Origin: a virus
Lineage: Duplodnaviria; Caudoviricetes
Length of the DNA stretch: 64,000 bases
IMG/VR virus record: IMGVR_UViG_3300015607_004593
Location: 32,001-96,000 of that record
Direction: 5' to 3' (one strand)
The notes beneath the pieces were generated by a model, which worked only from the letters and a program-made list of their open reading frames with translations, was not told the origin of the DNA and ran no database searches. Positions within the stretch are counted from its first letter, which is position 1. Each line of letters starts with the position of its first letter. The position numbers and the translations under genes are program-made. Positions 17,327 through 26,814 of this stretch are shown one piece after another.

Positions 17327-18720
17327 TTAAATCTTACCTCAGAAAGAATTTCAGTCAAACAAGCTAATAGATTGATTGATTTATCCATCATTGATGGGTG
17401 TCTAAATTCATATTGAGCTAGAGCTAAAATTATAGCAGGTAAACACTCAGGTTGTACAACTGATTTTAATTCTTTATAAAAATTTTTATAGAACATTTCA
17501 AAATTCATGTCTGAATTTTTTTCTACCCACTCTACTATTGAGTTAAATCTCTTTTCTTTCATAAAGAAAAGAATATCTTTAAAATCTAATTCTTTAGAGT
17601 AAGTTAAGAGTCCTTCATCAATCTTTCCTGAAATAGAATACTTTTGTAATTCATTTATAATTCTTCTAAAATCAGGAAAGTATCTATTGATTAATTCAAC
17701 AACCACTTCTTTTTTAAATTCAATATTCTCATTCTTTAAAATATCTTTAACTCGGTGAAAGAATTTTGTTTTTAAATCCTTATAATCTTCTTTAGGCCAT
17801 GTAAAGTCTATCACAGAACACCGTGAAAGAAGTTGAGGCATCATCTTCTCGATATAATTACAAGAGAAGAAAAATGTTATTTTTGAGTATTGTTCTATGA
17901 ATCCTCTTAAAGCCGTTTGAGTAGGCATAAGCATAGCATCACATTCATCAAAAATAACAGCCTTTGACCTTCCTTCTAAAGAAAGTGTAGTTACAAACGA
18001 AGTAACATCTTGTCTCAAAACTTCTATTGACCTTTGTTCAGAAGAATTGATAAAGAGATATTCAAAATCTAATTGATTACAGAGGGCTTTGATGCAAGTT
18101 GTGTTGTGATGAACAAATCCATTAGGCGTCACATAAAGATGGGGACTTTCGATAGAAATATCATAAACATCTCCAAAAGGAATTTCTTCTTTATATACAA
18201 TCTTTGAAAAATCACCAAGTAAAACATTATAAACATCTTCTGCTTCTTCAGCAAAAACAAGACCTTTAGATGAAGAAACAATATGTTTTCTTCCACAAAT
18301 AAAAGGATTCAAGTCATCATTAAAATGTAGTTTTATTTTTTTATCTTGTTTCTTAATCAATCCTTCTATTGGAACCCAAACATTTTCAGGAGTCTTTACA
18401 AAAACCTCTTCTTTATCAAATTCCTTTAATTCATTATAAGGAACTTCATCCATTTCAAAATAACTGAATAAATGTTCTAATGTAACTGTTATTTCTTTTC
18501 CTTTATAAAATTTATCTGAAAAAATAATATCTATTTCTTCAAACGGGTCTAAACATTTTCCACTTCCACCATTCGGTGAAGAGAACATTAGATTTGGACA
18601 ATGACCTGAGATAACAAAATTTTCAAGTGTTTTTTTAATAGCTTCAGGAAAAATACAATCTTTAATTTGTTTAGGGCGATACTTTTCTACCCAAATACGT
18701 TCATTAAGATTTACAGACAT
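17323..18720 (-). CDS. 44: Clamp loader large subunit (gp44), intein-containing
   Basis: WVEKYRP, GGSGK|TT Walker A split by intein, FDECD, SRC, FPDFRRIINELQ. Confidence 0.96.
   Translation of the reverse strand: MSVNLNERIWVEKYRPKQIKDCIFPEAIKKTLENFVISGHCPNLMFSSPNGGSGKCLDPFEEIDIIFSDKFYKGKEITVTLEHLFSYFEMDEVPYNELKEFDKEEVFVKTPENVWVPIEGLIKKQDKKIKLHFNDDLNPFICGRKHIVSSSKGLVFAEEAEDVYNVLLGDFSKIVYKEEIPFGDVYDISIESPHLYVTPNGFVHHNTTCIKALCNQLDFEYLFINSSEQRSIEVLRQDVTSFVTTLSLEGRSKAVIFDECDAMLMPTQTALRGFIEQYSKITFFFSCNYIEKMMPQLLSRCSVIDFTWPKEDYKDLKTKFFHRVKDILKNENIEFKKEVVVELINRYFPDFRRIINELQKYSISGKIDEGLLTYSKELDFKDILFFMKEKRFNSIVEWVEKNSDMNFEMFYKNFYKELKSVVQPECLPAIILALAQYEFRHPSMMDKSINLLACLTEILSEVRFK
18103..18555 (-). mobile_element. 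151-aa mini-intein in the gp44 P-loop
   Basis: GK|CLDPFEEI...VYDISIE...YVTPNGFVHHN|TT. Confidence 0.93.
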
Positions 18721-18856
18721 TTTTATTTCCTTTTCTTCTTTTCAAAAAAGATAAAAGCATTATATAACAAAAAATAAAAAATCCTAGAATTTTCTAGGAT
18801 TTTTGTTTTTAGAAAACTACCTAACCTTGTTGTTGGTTTAGGTAGTTTCAAAAAAA

Positions 18857-19555
18857 TTATTGATTATGATTATTCAAAGCCTTATTCAGCTTTGATAATG
18901 TTTTAAAGTTGAAAAAAAATCTACAAACATTTACACCATTCTTTGGGATATTTCGATAACCCCTAGCTTTATCAATAACACTTGATACTGCACTTAAAAC
19001 CCACATTATCGTACTATCCTTCCAATAAGAATTAATGAAAGGAAATTCACCTTTAACAATGGTTAAAAAATCTAAAGCATCTAAACTTAGAATTGGATGA
19101 ATATAATCTTTCCAAAAAACCCTAAACTCTTCACTTTGATTGAAGAGAATGTAAGCCTTGGGTAAGGTGGTCGGCATAGTAAACCCAAAATTTGGATGGG
19201 TATGCTCACCATCAACTTGCTCATAAACTTTTCTCCTAAGAAACTCTAATTTAGGAAAAACATAATTATCACCATAATCAAGTGATTGAGGTGAGAAACA
19301 AATAACACATTGAATCATTTTCTTGTTTTCTTTTTTATCCTCATGGTCAAAACCATAAGTAACTGATGGTTTATCAACATTTTTATTATTATTGGTATCA
19401 GGTGTATTAAAACTGATACTCTTTAAAACAGTTTGAAATGCTTCTTCATAAGCCGTTTCTCCTTTGCACAAAAGATGCTCAGTCCATTCAACCGGCAACT
19501 TATGTGATTGGAGTTGGAAAGAAATAAGATTACGAATCAATTCTGACTGTGACAT
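18857..19555 (-). CDS. hypothetical early protein
   Basis: 232-aa ORF downstream of a sigma70 promoter, followed by a hairpin. Confidence 0.7.
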   Translation of the reverse strand: MSQSELIRNLISFQLQSHKLPVEWTEHLLCKGETAYEEAFQTVLKSISFNTPDTNNNKNVDKPSVTYGFDHEDKKENKKMIQCVICFSPQSLDYGDNYVFPKLEFLRRKVYEQVDGEHTHPNFGFTMPTTLPKAYILFNQSEEFRVFWKDYIHPILSLDALDFLTIVKGEFPFINSYWKDSTIMWVLSAVSSVIDKARGYRNIPKNGVNVCRFFFNFKTLSKLNKALNNHNQ

Positions 19556-19732
19556 AATAATTCACTCACTGTTGATGAAAAAAGAAAAAAGTTTAAACCC
19601 ACTAGGAAAAAAGAATCCTAAAATGTTTAGGAATTCACTCCTATCTTATCTTTACGCAAAGTTTCGTAAAGATGAAAAAAAAGTGTAAAAATCATTTTTC
19701 TAGTTTTAGACCTACATTCTTCAACTGAACCA

Positions 19733-19761
19733 AGTATACAAAAATACAACAACCGATGCAA
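19733..19761 (-). promoter_or_regulatory. sigma70-type early promoter
   Basis: TTGCAT-17 bp-TATACT with TG just upstream of the -10 box. Confidence 0.7.
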
Positions 19762-19806
19762 CTATTTTTTACCAACAAAAAAAATAAATTTTTACACCTT
19801 TCGTTC

Positions 19807-20838
19807 TTAAAAAGAAACAATTCCCTCCACATTCCACATCAACCATTCTCTAAGCTCTTCTTCAGAAAGAGAAAGAATAAAAGTATTAAAATTTTCAATT
19901 GTATGAAATCCTGACTTTAAAATGCTTATGAAATTACCTAATTCTTTCCCTTTAAGTCCTGTAATATCAGAAACTTTTTGACCATAAAACTTCTCCTTTA
20001 CTTTCCTTGAAATGAAAAGTTTTTCTTTTGCATTATCATAACTTTCTTTAAACCCCGGAAAACTCAGAAATGCCTTTTCTTTCCATTCTTCAACTTCTTT
20101 ATATCCACCTCTTTCATCAAACGATTCCCAATGATAATGATTTAATATACTTTCTTTTTCCTTACACCAAGAAAGAAATTCATTATAAACTTTTCTCTTT
20201 CTATCTCTTACCCTAGAAGTATGGCATCTATTGTGTAAAAGATATATATCAGGTGAAAAGAAAGGAGAAGAAGCAACAAATTTAAAAATATCTTCAAGGT
20301 TATCAAATCCCTTTGAATAAACTTCATAATCATAATCAAGAAATTCTAATATTTTTTTCCAATCCTTAGAAACAATGATTTCTTGAAAAACATAATTACC
20401 AACCCTTACAATAAAAATTAATCCCCTATGAGAAAACTTAAATCCTGTTTTATGAAATACCCTACCAATTAAATTTGAAATGTCTGAGAAAGAAAAATAA
20501 TGTAAAGAAGTTTCCATATCTTCTGTATTTGTAAAGATTAAATCTAATTGAAAATCTTCATTAACCTTCAAAGAAACAACATGATTATTATTTGAAATCT
20601 CATGAGGAATAAAAAGTTTCTTAAAAAAAGATAAGTATTCTTCTCTTTTAGAAGAATCTATTAAAATATCCATATCCCCAAATGTTTCTTTTTCCCTAAA
20701 AGAAGGAATAATCTTAAAATCTTCTTCTTTATAAAATTCTTCTTCTTTCAAATGAGTTAAAATAACATTCATAATTTCGTTATACTCTTCTTTAGAGTAT
20801 CTCTTTAAACCTTGAAATACATTTCCACCCATCTTCAT
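19807..20838 (-). CDS. Pol-beta superfamily nucleotidyltransferase
   Basis: MGGNVF start, PSFREKETFGDMDILI (DxD), FQLDLI (third Asp). Confidence 0.75.
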   Translation of the reverse strand: MKMGGNVFQGLKRYSKEEYNEIMNVILTHLKEEEFYKEEDFKIIPSFREKETFGDMDILIDSSKREEYLSFFKKLFIPHEISNNNHVVSLKVNEDFQLDLIFTNTEDMETSLHYFSFSDISNLIGRVFHKTGFKFSHRGLIFIVRVGNYVFQEIIVSKDWKKILEFLDYDYEVYSKGFDNLEDIFKFVASSPFFSPDIYLLHNRCHTSRVRDRKRKVYNEFLSWCKEKESILNHYHWESFDERGGYKEVEEWKEKAFLSFPGFKESYDNAKEKLFISRKVKEKFYGQKVSDITGLKGKELGNFISILKSGFHTIENFNTFILSLSEEELREWLMWNVEGIVSF

Positions 20839-20885
20839 TCTCTCTTATATTCTTAAAATAACAATTGTTTAGACAACACTCAAGA

Positions 20886-21681
20886 CGTAGGGTTATATAA
20901 GTAGTATAACCAAGTTCTAGCTTCCTTATTAAAACTATAGTTAAACAACTCTTATATAACCCTATTGATAGCATTCCCAATTTTATTTTTCTTAAATTCT
21001 TAATTTCTTTTCAATGTACTTCTTTTATATTATACAAAGAAAAGAACTGATAATTGAATTTAAGAAAAAATAATTACTTTTCTTTTTATTCTCTCTTATA
21101 AAGAGAAAAACCTCTTAAAGAAGAAAAAAGAAAAGTAATAAATTAGAAACTCTATCCAAGATTTTAGAAGATTTGTTGTTCATAAATTTCCTTTTTTCTC
21201 TTTCTCTTCTCTTTTTACAAATCTTCTAAAAAACTTACTTCTATATTTTATCAGGTCGGTTTTTACTGTTCTTCTTCTTTCTTTTCTTTAAAAGAAAAGG
21301 GAAGAAAGAAACACTCAGACCGCCATAGTTATGTCCTCAGACATAACTATAACTGAGATATTCTTAAAGATAAGAATTATAACCCCTTTCAGGAACCTGT
21401 TTTAAGATTAATCGAAGTGGCCTAATCTGCACGGCGTCTTGACGCGAAGCGATTTTTATTAACCGTGTCCATGTCGAAATCGGTCTTTCTAATGGATGCT
21501 TTTTATAGTCCGCTCTTTTTAGACTGAGATTGCTTTTCTTTTCCATGTATGAGGCACAATCTTAAGACCCTTATTGTAGGACAATGAAATAATAATGTCC
21601 CCCTCTATTTTTTCCTTGAGGTAAATTGTTTTCTTTTGGGTTTTTTGTGAGAAGAGAATTGAGAACACCAAAAAAAACAAT
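20886..21681. other. Long non-coding tract of consecutive stem-loops with a multibranched core (candidate large ncRNA or replication origin)
   Basis: Perfect inverted repeats 20888-20901/20951-20964, 20986-20999/21056-21069, 21073-21087/21125-21139, 21162-21176/21217-21231, 21325-21335/21340-21350, plus nested stems in 21401-21566. Confidence 0.6.
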
Positions 21682-21706
21682 CTTTTTTTATTTAGAAAAT
21701 AAAAAT

Positions 21707-22153
21707 TTAACTTTTGGTTTTCTTTTCAAGAATAGATTTTATTTTTTCTAAATCTTTCTTCATTTCCCAAATAGTTTCAGCCATCTCAAAGATACTTTTG
21801 GCATGATATTCTTTGTTCAGGTATCCTTTATGGAAAAAGGTTTTTATTAAGAATTGAATTTCTATTCTTTTTTCAAGGTCGTCTACAACGAGAAGATGAA
21901 TATCTTCTTCTTCCTCATTCTTCTTCTTTAAAGACCAAATTTCAAGAACTCCCCCAAATCCTTCTTTTTTGAAGAAAATCTTTTCTAGGAAAAACCCTCG
22001 TTCTAAGATTTGTTCTCTGTCAGAGTATCGTAAAGGATATTGACAAAGGAAATCCCAATCTGAACCTTCCTTTGCATTGTTGAAAAACCGTGAACCTGTA
22101 ATAACCCATGAAGGAAAATCATCCATCAAAGTTTGTATAATTGAAGGAATCAT
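21707..22153 (-). CDS. minimal nucleotidyltransferase-domain protein
   Basis: ITGSRFF...SDWDFL (GS...DxD), DIHLL. Confidence 0.7.
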   Translation of the reverse strand: MIPSIIQTLMDDFPSWVITGSRFFNNAKEGSDWDFLCQYPLRYSDREQILERGFFLEKIFFKKEGFGGVLEIWSLKKKNEEEEDIHLLVVDDLEKRIEIQFLIKTFFHKGYLNKEYHAKSIFEMAETIWEMKKDLEKIKSILEKKTKS

Positions 22154-22284
22154 TTTTTTTAATCCTCTTTTTAATTAAGTATTATTGATAACAATAAAAA
22201 AGAGAGAGAAAAAGAAAAACTTTTTCTCTCTCTTTTTTTACTAAGATTTAGATAAGGTCAAGATTACAACAATACATCTTTTCT

Positions 22285-22545
22285 TCAGAAACAAAAAGAA
22301 GTATTGTTGTTGTTGTGATATTTTGCTACTAATTTCATACGAGAAGGTTTTCTCATATTTGAAGATTCTCGCTTTGGGTTTGAGGTTCGATGGCGAGAAT
22401 ATGAAATATGAAATTGATTACAGATTCCACATTTGTAGACCATCATATTCCTTTCTGTTGCAGAAATAGACGGAACGACAGCCCATGCTTGAGGTGCTGT
22501 CTCATAAGAAATCTTTCCAGAATCACAAAACGTAATCTTCTTCAT
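22285..22545 (-). CDS. small Zn-binding phage protein
   Basis: C..GK.SY and YKCGICNQFHIS motifs. Confidence 0.6.
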   Translation of the reverse strand: MKKITFCDSGKISYETAPQAWAVVPSISATERNMMVYKCGICNQFHISYSRHRTSNPKRESSNMRKPSRMKLVAKYHNNNNTSFCF

Positions 22546-22728
22546 AGCAAAAAAGAACTCCTAGAGAAAAAAAGAGAAAGAGAAAAAACTTACCTACCAA
22601 AAAAATCAAACTTCACCTTTCTGAATCAAAAATGTGATTTTTTCAGCAATTTCATTATAAATGAAAAAAGGTGAGGAAATCAAGTAAAATTTCCTCACCC
22701 TAAGAAAAAATTTTTTTGCTTCCTCTTT

Positions 22729-23022
22729 TCAGATTTCAGAAATCACTTTCAAAGAAATATTTTTTCTCCTATCCACAACAATTTCACAGTCAGACACTTT
22801 GTTACATCTAAGTAATTCTTCTGCTGAAATCTCAAAAGCTACGCATCTTATGTATCTTTCTGGAATGAATGATGAATTGTTGAATTTCCCATCTCGTACT
22901 CTTTCTTGAATAAAAGAAAGAGAAGGGGAAAAATATTTGAATCGTTTTTTAGAAAAATCAGGACTCTTTTTTTTCATAGTTCTTATGAATTCTTCTTCAC
23001 TCATAGCTCTAAAAACTTTCAT
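22729..23022 (-). CDS. hypothetical protein
   Basis: 97-aa ORF. Confidence 0.65.
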   Translation of the reverse strand: MKVFRAMSEEEFIRTMKKKSPDFSKKRFKYFSPSLSFIQERVRDGKFNNSSFIPERYIRCVAFEISAEELLRCNKVSDCEIVVDRRKNISLKVISEI

Positions 23023-23033
23023 GAAATTCTCTC

Positions 23034-23597
23034 TTAAAAATCTTTTGGAAAAGAAAGAATTGATTTCACGGGATAACCATCTATTTCTTCTATCTCTGAA
23101 CGATTAATCATAACCATGATAGAAATATCTTGAGTATATCGTTTAACTAAATTTAATGATTTTCTTATAGCCTTTCCTGTAACAAAGACATCATCAACAA
23201 TGAGAACTGATTTATTTCTTAAATCACACCCAACATAATCTCCTTTTTCTCCATGTTGTTTGAAATTTTCTTTTCGGTCGAAAGCAAAAGAAAGATTGTA
23301 ATCTTTATGATTGTCACCAAAAATATATGAATAGAGACATGCCGATGAAACAAGAATGATGCCTTTTGTAGCAACGCCAAAAATAACATCCGGTAAAACT
23401 TTCATTTCATGGATTTCCGTCCAAATGACAAATCCTAATTCAACAAGTCCCTCTGAATCTGAAAATTTTGAAAAATCAAAATAGAAAGGTGAAATCTCAC
23501 CTGAATTGAGAACGAAATTTCCTTCTTTTAGAAGTACATTTCTGTCATTGATTTTTGTTTTCAAATAATTGGATACTTTAGAGCCATTCATTGTCAT
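23034..23597 (-). CDS. pyrE: Orotate phosphoribosyltransferase
   Basis: GNFVLNSGEISPFYFD, FGVATKGI, FDRKE.KQHGEKG, VLIVDDVFVTG (PRPP-binding loop). Confidence 0.92.
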   Translation of the reverse strand: MTMNGSKVSNYLKTKINDRNVLLKEGNFVLNSGEISPFYFDFSKFSDSEGLVELGFVIWTEIHEMKVLPDVIFGVATKGIILVSSACLYSYIFGDNHKDYNLSFAFDRKENFKQHGEKGDYVGCDLRNKSVLIVDDVFVTGKAIRKSLNLVKRYTQDISIMVMINRSEIEEIDGYPVKSILSFPKDF

Positions 23598-23610
23598 GAT
23601 ATTGTCTCTT

Positions 23611-23907
23611 TTAGAGAGTATGGTGAGAAAAAAGATTTATTGTTTTTGAATCATTCCACATGACAAATTTTATATCTTTAGAATCTTTAAAAGAAAAGAA
23701 ATATTTTTTCTGTATCTTTCCCCTAAATGTCATACCTATTGATTGAGGTATTTTTTCAATAAAAGAAAGAAAAAAATCTTCTACTTTTTTACACTCCTCT
23801 TCTGATGCTCCTTTTTCAAATTTAATTCTAACATTACCTGAAGAAGTAACTGTTAGTCTAAAGGATTGGTTTACATTATAAATTCTTACTATCGAAGAAA
23901 TTTTCAT
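23611..23907 (-). CDS. hypothetical protein
   Basis: 98-aa ORF. Confidence 0.55.
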   Translation of the reverse strand: MKISSIVRIYNVNQSFRLTVTSSGNVRIKFEKGASEEECKKVEDFFLSFIEKIPQSIGMTFRGKIQKKYFFSFKDSKDIKFVMWNDSKTINLFSHHTL

Positions 23908-23954
23908 CAGTCTTTCTCACTTTTTGCTTAGTTCAAAGAAAAGAAAAGAAAAAT

Positions 23955-24245
23955 TCAATCTTCCCAAAACGTATCAACAAAATCTTTCATAGCTTTCAAT
24001 TTTTTTTCAGTGATATTTTGTTTCTTCAATTCCTCTTTGATTTCTTCTAAGGATGAAGATTCATCATTCAACAATCTCTCGATATTAAAGAGTATAGCAG
24101 AAAAATCAAGGTGTGTCATTTCAAGGTAAATAAAAATACTTCTATCCAAGAGTGAAGTCTTAAAATCCTTTTTTATACCTCCATTTGTTTTTTGAATAAA
24201 TTCTTCATAAAAATCTCTATAGATAGTAAATGCAGGATTTATCAT
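23955..24245 (-). CDS. hypothetical protein
   Basis: 96-aa ORF, 4-nt overlap with upstream gene. Confidence 0.6.
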   Translation of the reverse strand: MINPAFTIYRDFYEEFIQKTNGGIKKDFKTSLLDRSIFIYLEMTHLDFSAILFNIERLLNDESSSLEEIKEELKKQNITEKKLKAMKDFVDTFWED

Positions 24246-24562
24246 ACTTTATTTTCCTTATTCATTACATCAGACGGAATTAAAGAATATTGTAATTGAA
24301 TTAATTTTGCATATTCATTCAAATGGTGAGGTTCACCCACTAAAGAATAAAGTGAACATCGTAATAGAGCCATAGACCATCCCATATCCTCATGAAATAC
24401 TGTATCTGTTTCCTTTGGGAATATTCCTTTGTTGATTAAACTCTGAAGAACTAAAATATAAACATCATCAACAATTTTATCTAAATGTTTTTTAGTTAAT
24501 TGTTGATTATTTTTATTGTTATTGAGCTTTGGAAGTTGAAACTTTAGAATATTTTTTTTCAT
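24242..24562 (-). CDS. hypothetical protein
   Basis: 106-aa ORF. Confidence 0.6.
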   Translation of the reverse strand: MKKNILKFQLPKLNNNKNNQQLTKKHLDKIVDDVYILVLQSLINKGIFPKETDTVFHEDMGWSMALLRCSLYSLVGEPHHLNEYAKLIQLQYSLIPSDVMNKENKV

Positions 24563-24655
24563 TTGTTTCTTATCTTAAAAAGGAGAGAAAAAAATTACCG
24601 ATTGATTCGGTAATTTAATTTTACACCAAATGAAAAATTTTTAAAAGGAATTTTT

Positions 24656-26116
24656 TCAGTTTCCGGTTTTTATCATCTCTTCATAGCATTGTGTCGAATA
24701 ATTAATAATCCAAGAAAAATATTCATCTTGCCAAAGAGTAGGAGAAGTTGATGCTATCAGAATATAAAGAAACCATTCCATTGAAAGAAGATTTGCTTCT
24801 TCTTTATCACCAAAATAATCATTTCCCATTAATCTAAATTCTATAAACCCTTCACCATTCTTATTGTATTTTGAAAAATTGATAGACATTCTTTTCTGAT
24901 TACTTATAGCCGTCTTTAAAGTATAAATGTAATGTCTTTTTAAAAGGTCATCAATCGTTAAGGGTCGTTTAAATGATCTAGTTAGAGTTTTAATTGAATC
25001 TTTAACACTCACTAATTGAGAAACACAATATTTGTTAAACTGTCGTCCAATTCTTCTTAAGAAAAAATTATCTTGCCCTAAGATAACTAATTTTAAAAAA
25101 TCTATTTCAGAATTTTGTTTTGCATCATTGAAAGAAACTGAAAAATGAACTCCTGTAGATGTATTTGTCTTAGGTTCAAATCCTGCATTTGAAAGGCATT
25201 TCTTTGTTCTAAAGAAAATATCTCTAAATGATTTTGCCGAATATGTTTTTGAAATAATTTCAATAGGAATAAAATTTGATGATGGAATCTGATTTAAAGA
25301 TTCATCTTCTTCTAAAGTCCAAGCATTGTGATAATCTTTTTTAAATTGGATTGATGATTTTCTTTTTGTCCAATTTACCTTTGTATCAAATTCATCCTGA
25401 AGAACAGAAGAAACTTTTGAATAAAAAATATCTTTATCATTTTTATTTTTAGAAGAAGGTGAAAAGGTATCCGTTGATACAGTTTTTAATAGATAACCTT
25501 CATCATCTATATAATAGTTAGAACCATCTAAGAAATTAAAATCTTCTAATAAATCTTCTATTTTAAATTCAGAAGATAAGAATGTTGAGAATGAATATTC
25601 TTCATCATCTCGATATTGTTCTGCAAATTCATCTTGCAATTTTCTTTGAATTTCTAATTTCTTTTTTTGTCGCTTATTTTCATCTTTTTCATTTTCTTTT
25701 TTCAATTCATCATTTACATCATTTATATCAATCATTTCATACATTCTTTCTTGAAACCATTTATCATATTCTCTCTTTAATCCTTTATAAGAAAGATGAT
25801 GATTATTTTCAGGAAAATGACTCATTAAGAAATTTAAATAATTTTCTGGAAATATTTCTTCTAGGTCTATTCTCTCAATGATTTTTTTATTAGATAAAGA
25901 TTCACTATCCTTTAGATAACATTCAAATTCAAATCCTATTTTCATAGAAGAAAGAGAATCAAGAATTTGTTTTGCTATTCCTTCCTGTGATGTAAAGGTA
26001 TTATCTGATATATCAGATGAAAAAGTTTTTCTTAATTGTGATAATTCACCAGTTTTAAAATTTTTATAAATTGGATTTTGTTTTATTTCTAAAAGAAATC
26101 TCTGATAATCTTTCAT
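24656..26116 (-). CDS. Putative amidoligase (COOH-NH2 ligase) family protein with capsid-targeting-like N-terminus
   Basis: IGFEFEC, WTLEEDESL, EIISK, TNTSTGVHFSVS, IEFRLMG; N-terminus MKDYQRFLLE. Confidence 0.8.
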   Translation of the reverse strand: MKDYQRFLLEIKQNPIYKNFKTGELSQLRKTFSSDISDNTFTSQEGIAKQILDSLSSMKIGFEFECYLKDSESLSNKKIIERIDLEEIFPENYLNFLMSHFPENNHHLSYKGLKREYDKWFQERMYEMIDINDVNDELKKENEKDENKRQKKKLEIQRKLQDEFAEQYRDDEEYSFSTFLSSEFKIEDLLEDFNFLDGSNYYIDDEGYLLKTVSTDTFSPSSKNKNDKDIFYSKVSSVLQDEFDTKVNWTKRKSSIQFKKDYHNAWTLEEDESLNQIPSSNFIPIEIISKTYSAKSFRDIFFRTKKCLSNAGFEPKTNTSTGVHFSVSFNDAKQNSEIDFLKLVILGQDNFFLRRIGRQFNKYCVSQLVSVKDSIKTLTRSFKRPLTIDDLLKRHYIYTLKTAISNQKRMSINFSKYNKNGEGFIEFRLMGNDYFGDKEEANLLSMEWFLYILIASTSPTLWQDEYFSWIINYSTQCYEEMIKTGN

Positions 26117-26122
26117 AACTCC

Positions 26123-26467
26123 TTAAGACTCCTTCGTAGAAAGTATCTTTTCAATTTTTTCCCAAACTTCATTGCCATAAGTATTTTTTACAATCATTTG
26201 AAATTGTGCATTTACTAAAAGTTTCTTTGCAAACATTGGAATTAATTTAGGTGGAACTTTCATGATAAATCCATGTCTCTTTGATTGAATAGGATTACCG
26301 TCAACCCATGATTGAATATAAGCAATGAATTCAGAGGGGGATTGAGAAAGATGAACCTCAGTTTCTAAATCAAAGGCTTTAGATTCATTTCTATCTTGGA
26401 CAAGGATATGAGGCATTTCTAATAAAAGACTTTCAAATAAAAATTCTAAGTAATTTGTTTTTTTCAT
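26123..26467 (-). CDS. hypothetical protein with capsid-targeting-like N-terminus
   Basis: MKKTNYLEFLFESLLLEMP; CTAAATA late-type motif at 26545-26539. Confidence 0.65.
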   Translation of the reverse strand: MKKTNYLEFLFESLLLEMPHILVQDRNESKAFDLETEVHLSQSPSEFIAYIQSWVDGNPIQSKRHGFIMKVPPKLIPMFAKKLLVNAQFQMIVKNTYGNEVWEKIEKILSTKES

Positions 26468-26598
26468 AGGTTATATACTTCTTATTTTCTCTTGATTGTT
26501 TATTTTTTATTTTTGAAAGTAAAGTTGAGGAATAAATTTATTTAGAATTTATCTAAGTTTAATTTGTTGAAAAGAAAGAGATTTAAAATATTTAACCT

Positions 26599-26758
26599 TT
26601 TGTTTTTCAAGAGTTTTTTAAAAAAATGAAAATTTTGAAAAAAAGAGTACCTAGACTACCACCTCGTAAAAAAACGTAAAAATGACCCTTGTAAGTCTTT
26701 GAATTAAAACAAGAAAAAAATGAAAAAAATTCATTTTTTGACAAACCTAGACTTTTTT
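26599..26758 (+). repeat. dispersed ~160-bp intergenic element, copy A
   Basis: ...aaaatgaaaattttgaaaaaaagagtacctagactaccac...aaaatgacccttgtaagtctttgaattaaaac...caaacctagactttttt. Confidence 0.92.
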
Positions 26759-26814
26759 AAAAACCAAAAAAAGGGTGAGAAGAAATCTCACCCTTTTCAT
26801 ACTTACCTACTTAC

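Noticed and set aside
21364-21546. 60-aa minus-strand ORF inside the structured tract (also 20792-20980)
   Set aside because: No convincing RBS or protein motif; the sequence is better explained by base-pairing constraints
20886-21681. Retron msr/msd, tmRNA or RNase P identity for the structured tract
   Set aside because: No reverse transcriptase nearby, no tRNA-like ends or tag ORF, and no RNase P conserved motifs recognised
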